Of a stretch of 64,000 nucleotides of DNA, positions 62,543 to 64,000 are shown one piece after another. How positions within the stretch are numbered: the stretch's first letter is position 1; each line of letters begins with the position of its first letter. The translations under genes were made by a program, and so were the position numbers. This DNA comes from an uncultured Planctomycetia bacterium (lineage in GTDB: Bacteria > Omnitrophota > Gorgyraeia > Duberdicusellales > Duberdicusellaceae). The notes below the pieces were generated by a model, which saw only the letters and a list, made by a program, of their open reading frames with translations, searched no databases and was not told the DNA's origin. The stretch lies in NCBI GenBank assembly GCA_964634935.1, contig CAZWJT010000001.1, forward strand, positions 160,949-224,948, read 5' to 3'.

Positions 62543-63322
62543 ATGGTATTTCTTATCTGCTCGAAAATAGCCTGGTTTATCTTGCAGCCAGCGGTTCTGG
62601 CTTGTATTTTTGCTTTCGTCGGTATAGCAAGAATGCGGCGAAAACAAAAGCTGGGGCTATTATATGTTTCTATCAGTATTGTTATTCTGGCCATTTTTTC
62701 AACCGGATTTCTGCCTCGGATTCTGGTAACTACTCTAGAAAAAAGATTTGCGACCTCCCAGTTGCCATCCCATATTGATGGCATCATCGTACTTGCCGGA
62801 GGTTCCCACGTCGGACCCACCGGAGAGGTACGCCTCAGCGTTCCCGAACGGTTAATCCAAGGTATACGCATTGCTCAAAAACACACTGAAGCAAAAATAA
62901 TCTTCGCGGGACGGAGCGCTCAGCAATCTTCTTCTCTCTGTGAAGCAAAACTTATGGCGCAAACAGCCGAGAAGAATAACATCTCGGCGAAACGCATTCT
63001 TACAGATTGTACATCCAGAAATACCCACGAGAATGCCATGGAAATTCTTCGTCTATTGCAAAACAATCCGCACAAAAAAGACAACTCTTCCTGGGTTCTG
63101 ATCACTTCAGCTTTTCATATGCCGAGGGCAATCGGAAGTTTCAGAAAATTGGGCATGAACCCTACACCTTACAGCGTTTCGTTCTCTGCGGAGAGCGGTA
63201 AAAAGACCGATTTTTTGCCATCGCTTGAGAATTACAAAAACGCGAAAAAGGCATTCAAGGAATGGCTGGGACTGCTTGGTTATTTTTTAGCCGGATATAC
63301 TGATACTTTATTCCCGGGGTAA
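62543..63322 (+). CDS. DUF218 (YdcF/ElyC/SanA family) protein
   Basis: N-terminal TMs and the conserved ITSAFHMPRA motif near the C-terminus. Confidence 0.7.
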   Translation: MVFLICSKIAWFILQPAVLACIFAFVGIARMRRKQKLGLLYVSISIVILAIFSTGFLPRILVTTLEKRFATSQLPSHIDGIIVLAGGSHVGPTGEVRLSVPERLIQGIRIAQKHTEAKIIFAGRSAQQSSSLCEAKLMAQTAEKNNISAKRILTDCTSRNTHENAMEILRLLQNNPHKKDNSSWVLITSAFHMPRAIGSFRKLGMNPTPYSVSFSAESGKKTDFLPSLENYKNAKKAFKEWLGLLGYFLAGYTDTLFPG

Positions 63323-63348
63323 TCCCGGCACAATACTTTCTGAGAAAA

Positions 63349-64000
63349 TTAACTGGAACAACCAACCAGGCTCGAGATAACATCCAAATACTCTCTATTC
63401 ATACGTTCAAGACTGAATTGAGCAACTGCTGCAGTGCGGGCCTGCATGCTATATTCTGCTAAATGATCTAAAACATAAAGCGCAGCCTCTTCAAGCTCTT
63501 TGGTATCCTGCACAATCAGTTTCCACGGATTCCCCCGGTAGGAAACCAAACACCCTGCATCCGCCGGGACTAATTCTGCTAAAGAACCTGTGTCAAACCC
63601 TACAACAGGAAGTCCTGCCGATAAAGCCTCAAGTACGGCGTTCGGACATGGCGGATTTATTTCGAGGCTTAAAAAGAGAGACGCCTGCGCGAAAATATCC
63701 GGCATTTTTCCCCGGTTAACTAACCCAAGTACTATGATCCCCTCAACGCCCTGGAGCCTTCTCTTGTCAGCTGCGCTGATATTCCCGCAAACAAGAACAT
63801 GATCAATGACCTGCTCTTGGAGTAAACGTCGGGAAATGCTCTCTAAACAGTATACGCTCTCCGAAGGAATCGTCCCCTCCACACAAAGCAATATTCGATT
63901 TGTGCGCTTCCCGGACAGAAACCGGTTTGTGTTGCATCCATTATAAATCACAGACTGAGGAACGGCTACGGTACCATATCTTTCTTCCCAAAACGCTTTA
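63349..64000 (-). CDS. Glycosyltransferase family 4, C-terminal part (5'-truncated; the N-terminus lies beyond the window end)
   Basis: GT-B C-terminal motif (EALSAGLPVVGFDTGSLAELV). The reading frame stays open through nt 64000; the track start at 63951 is an internal GTG. Confidence 0.6.
   Translation of the reverse strand, partial: KAFWEERYGTVAVPQSVIYNGCNTNRFLSGKRTNRILLCVEGTIPSESVYCLESISRRLLQEQVIDHVLVCGNISAADKRRLQGVEGIIVLGLVNRGKMPDIFAQASLFLSLEINPPCPNAVLEALSAGLPVVGFDTGSLAELVPADAGCLVSYRGNPWKLIVQDTKELEEAALYVLDHLAEYSMQARTAAVAQFSLERMNREYLDVISSLVGCSS

Overview
This 64 kb window is bacterial chromosomal DNA of moderate GC content, with AT-rich intergenic regions and a high coding density. I found no rRNA genes, CRISPR arrays, insertion sequences or integrases. 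Two tRNA genes are present: tRNA-Lys(CTT) on the + strand at 3487..3559, and an initiator-like tRNA-Met(CAT) on the - strand at 38210..38283.

The most striking feature is a same-strand (-) gene array running about 27 kb from ~38.8 kb down to ~11.0 kb. In order of transcription it reads:
- ftsB and tRNA-fMet (enolase lies just upstream at 38580..39836)
- ilvB, ilvN, ilvC, leuA
- a small membrane protein, aroE, pilD, aroC
- an HTH protein followed by a complete type IV pilus set: fused PilM-PilN, PilO, PilP, secretin PilQ, ATPase PilB, platform PilC and five pilin/pseudopilin genes
- rsmE, an MtaB-like methylthiotransferase, mreB, mreC, mreD, mrdA (PBP2), rodA
- a B12-binding radical SAM protein with its DUF2344 partner.

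The remaining loci are:
- A second, partial pilus-assembly cluster at 41.2-46.7 kb, also on the - strand: HTH, PilN, PilO, PilP, secretin, a TPR protein, PilM, PilZ and a CBS protein.
- An RNA-repair module at the 5' end: tRNA-Lys, archease and RtcB. It sits among three paralogous signalling proteins that share an unnamed N-terminal domain but carry PAS, HD-GYP or HEAT-repeat C-termini.
- Two beta-glucan enzymes that look cytoplasmic: a GH5 endoglucanase and a GH94-like phosphorylase.
- A SpeH-type SAM decarboxylase with a long leader.
- At the 3' end, a PAS histidine kinase followed by three tandem single-domain receiver proteins, lying divergent to an exosortase/EpsI pair.
- Downstream of that, a polysaccharide-synthesis locus (NAD(P)H-hydrate epimerase, Wzm/Wzt-like ABC exporter, three GT4 glycosyltransferases, WecA-like initiating transferase, SPASM radical SAM protein, NTase-like protein, DUF218).

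The most novel-looking signals are the shared N-terminal sensor domain family flanking the tRNA-archease-RtcB insert, the two pilus clusters each led by an HTH_17-type regulator, the radical SAM pair coupled to rodA, and the one-kinase/three-receiver array next to the exosortase locus.

Coordinates that I derived by hand (tRNAs, refined starts, promoters, terminator) may be off by +/-1 nt.
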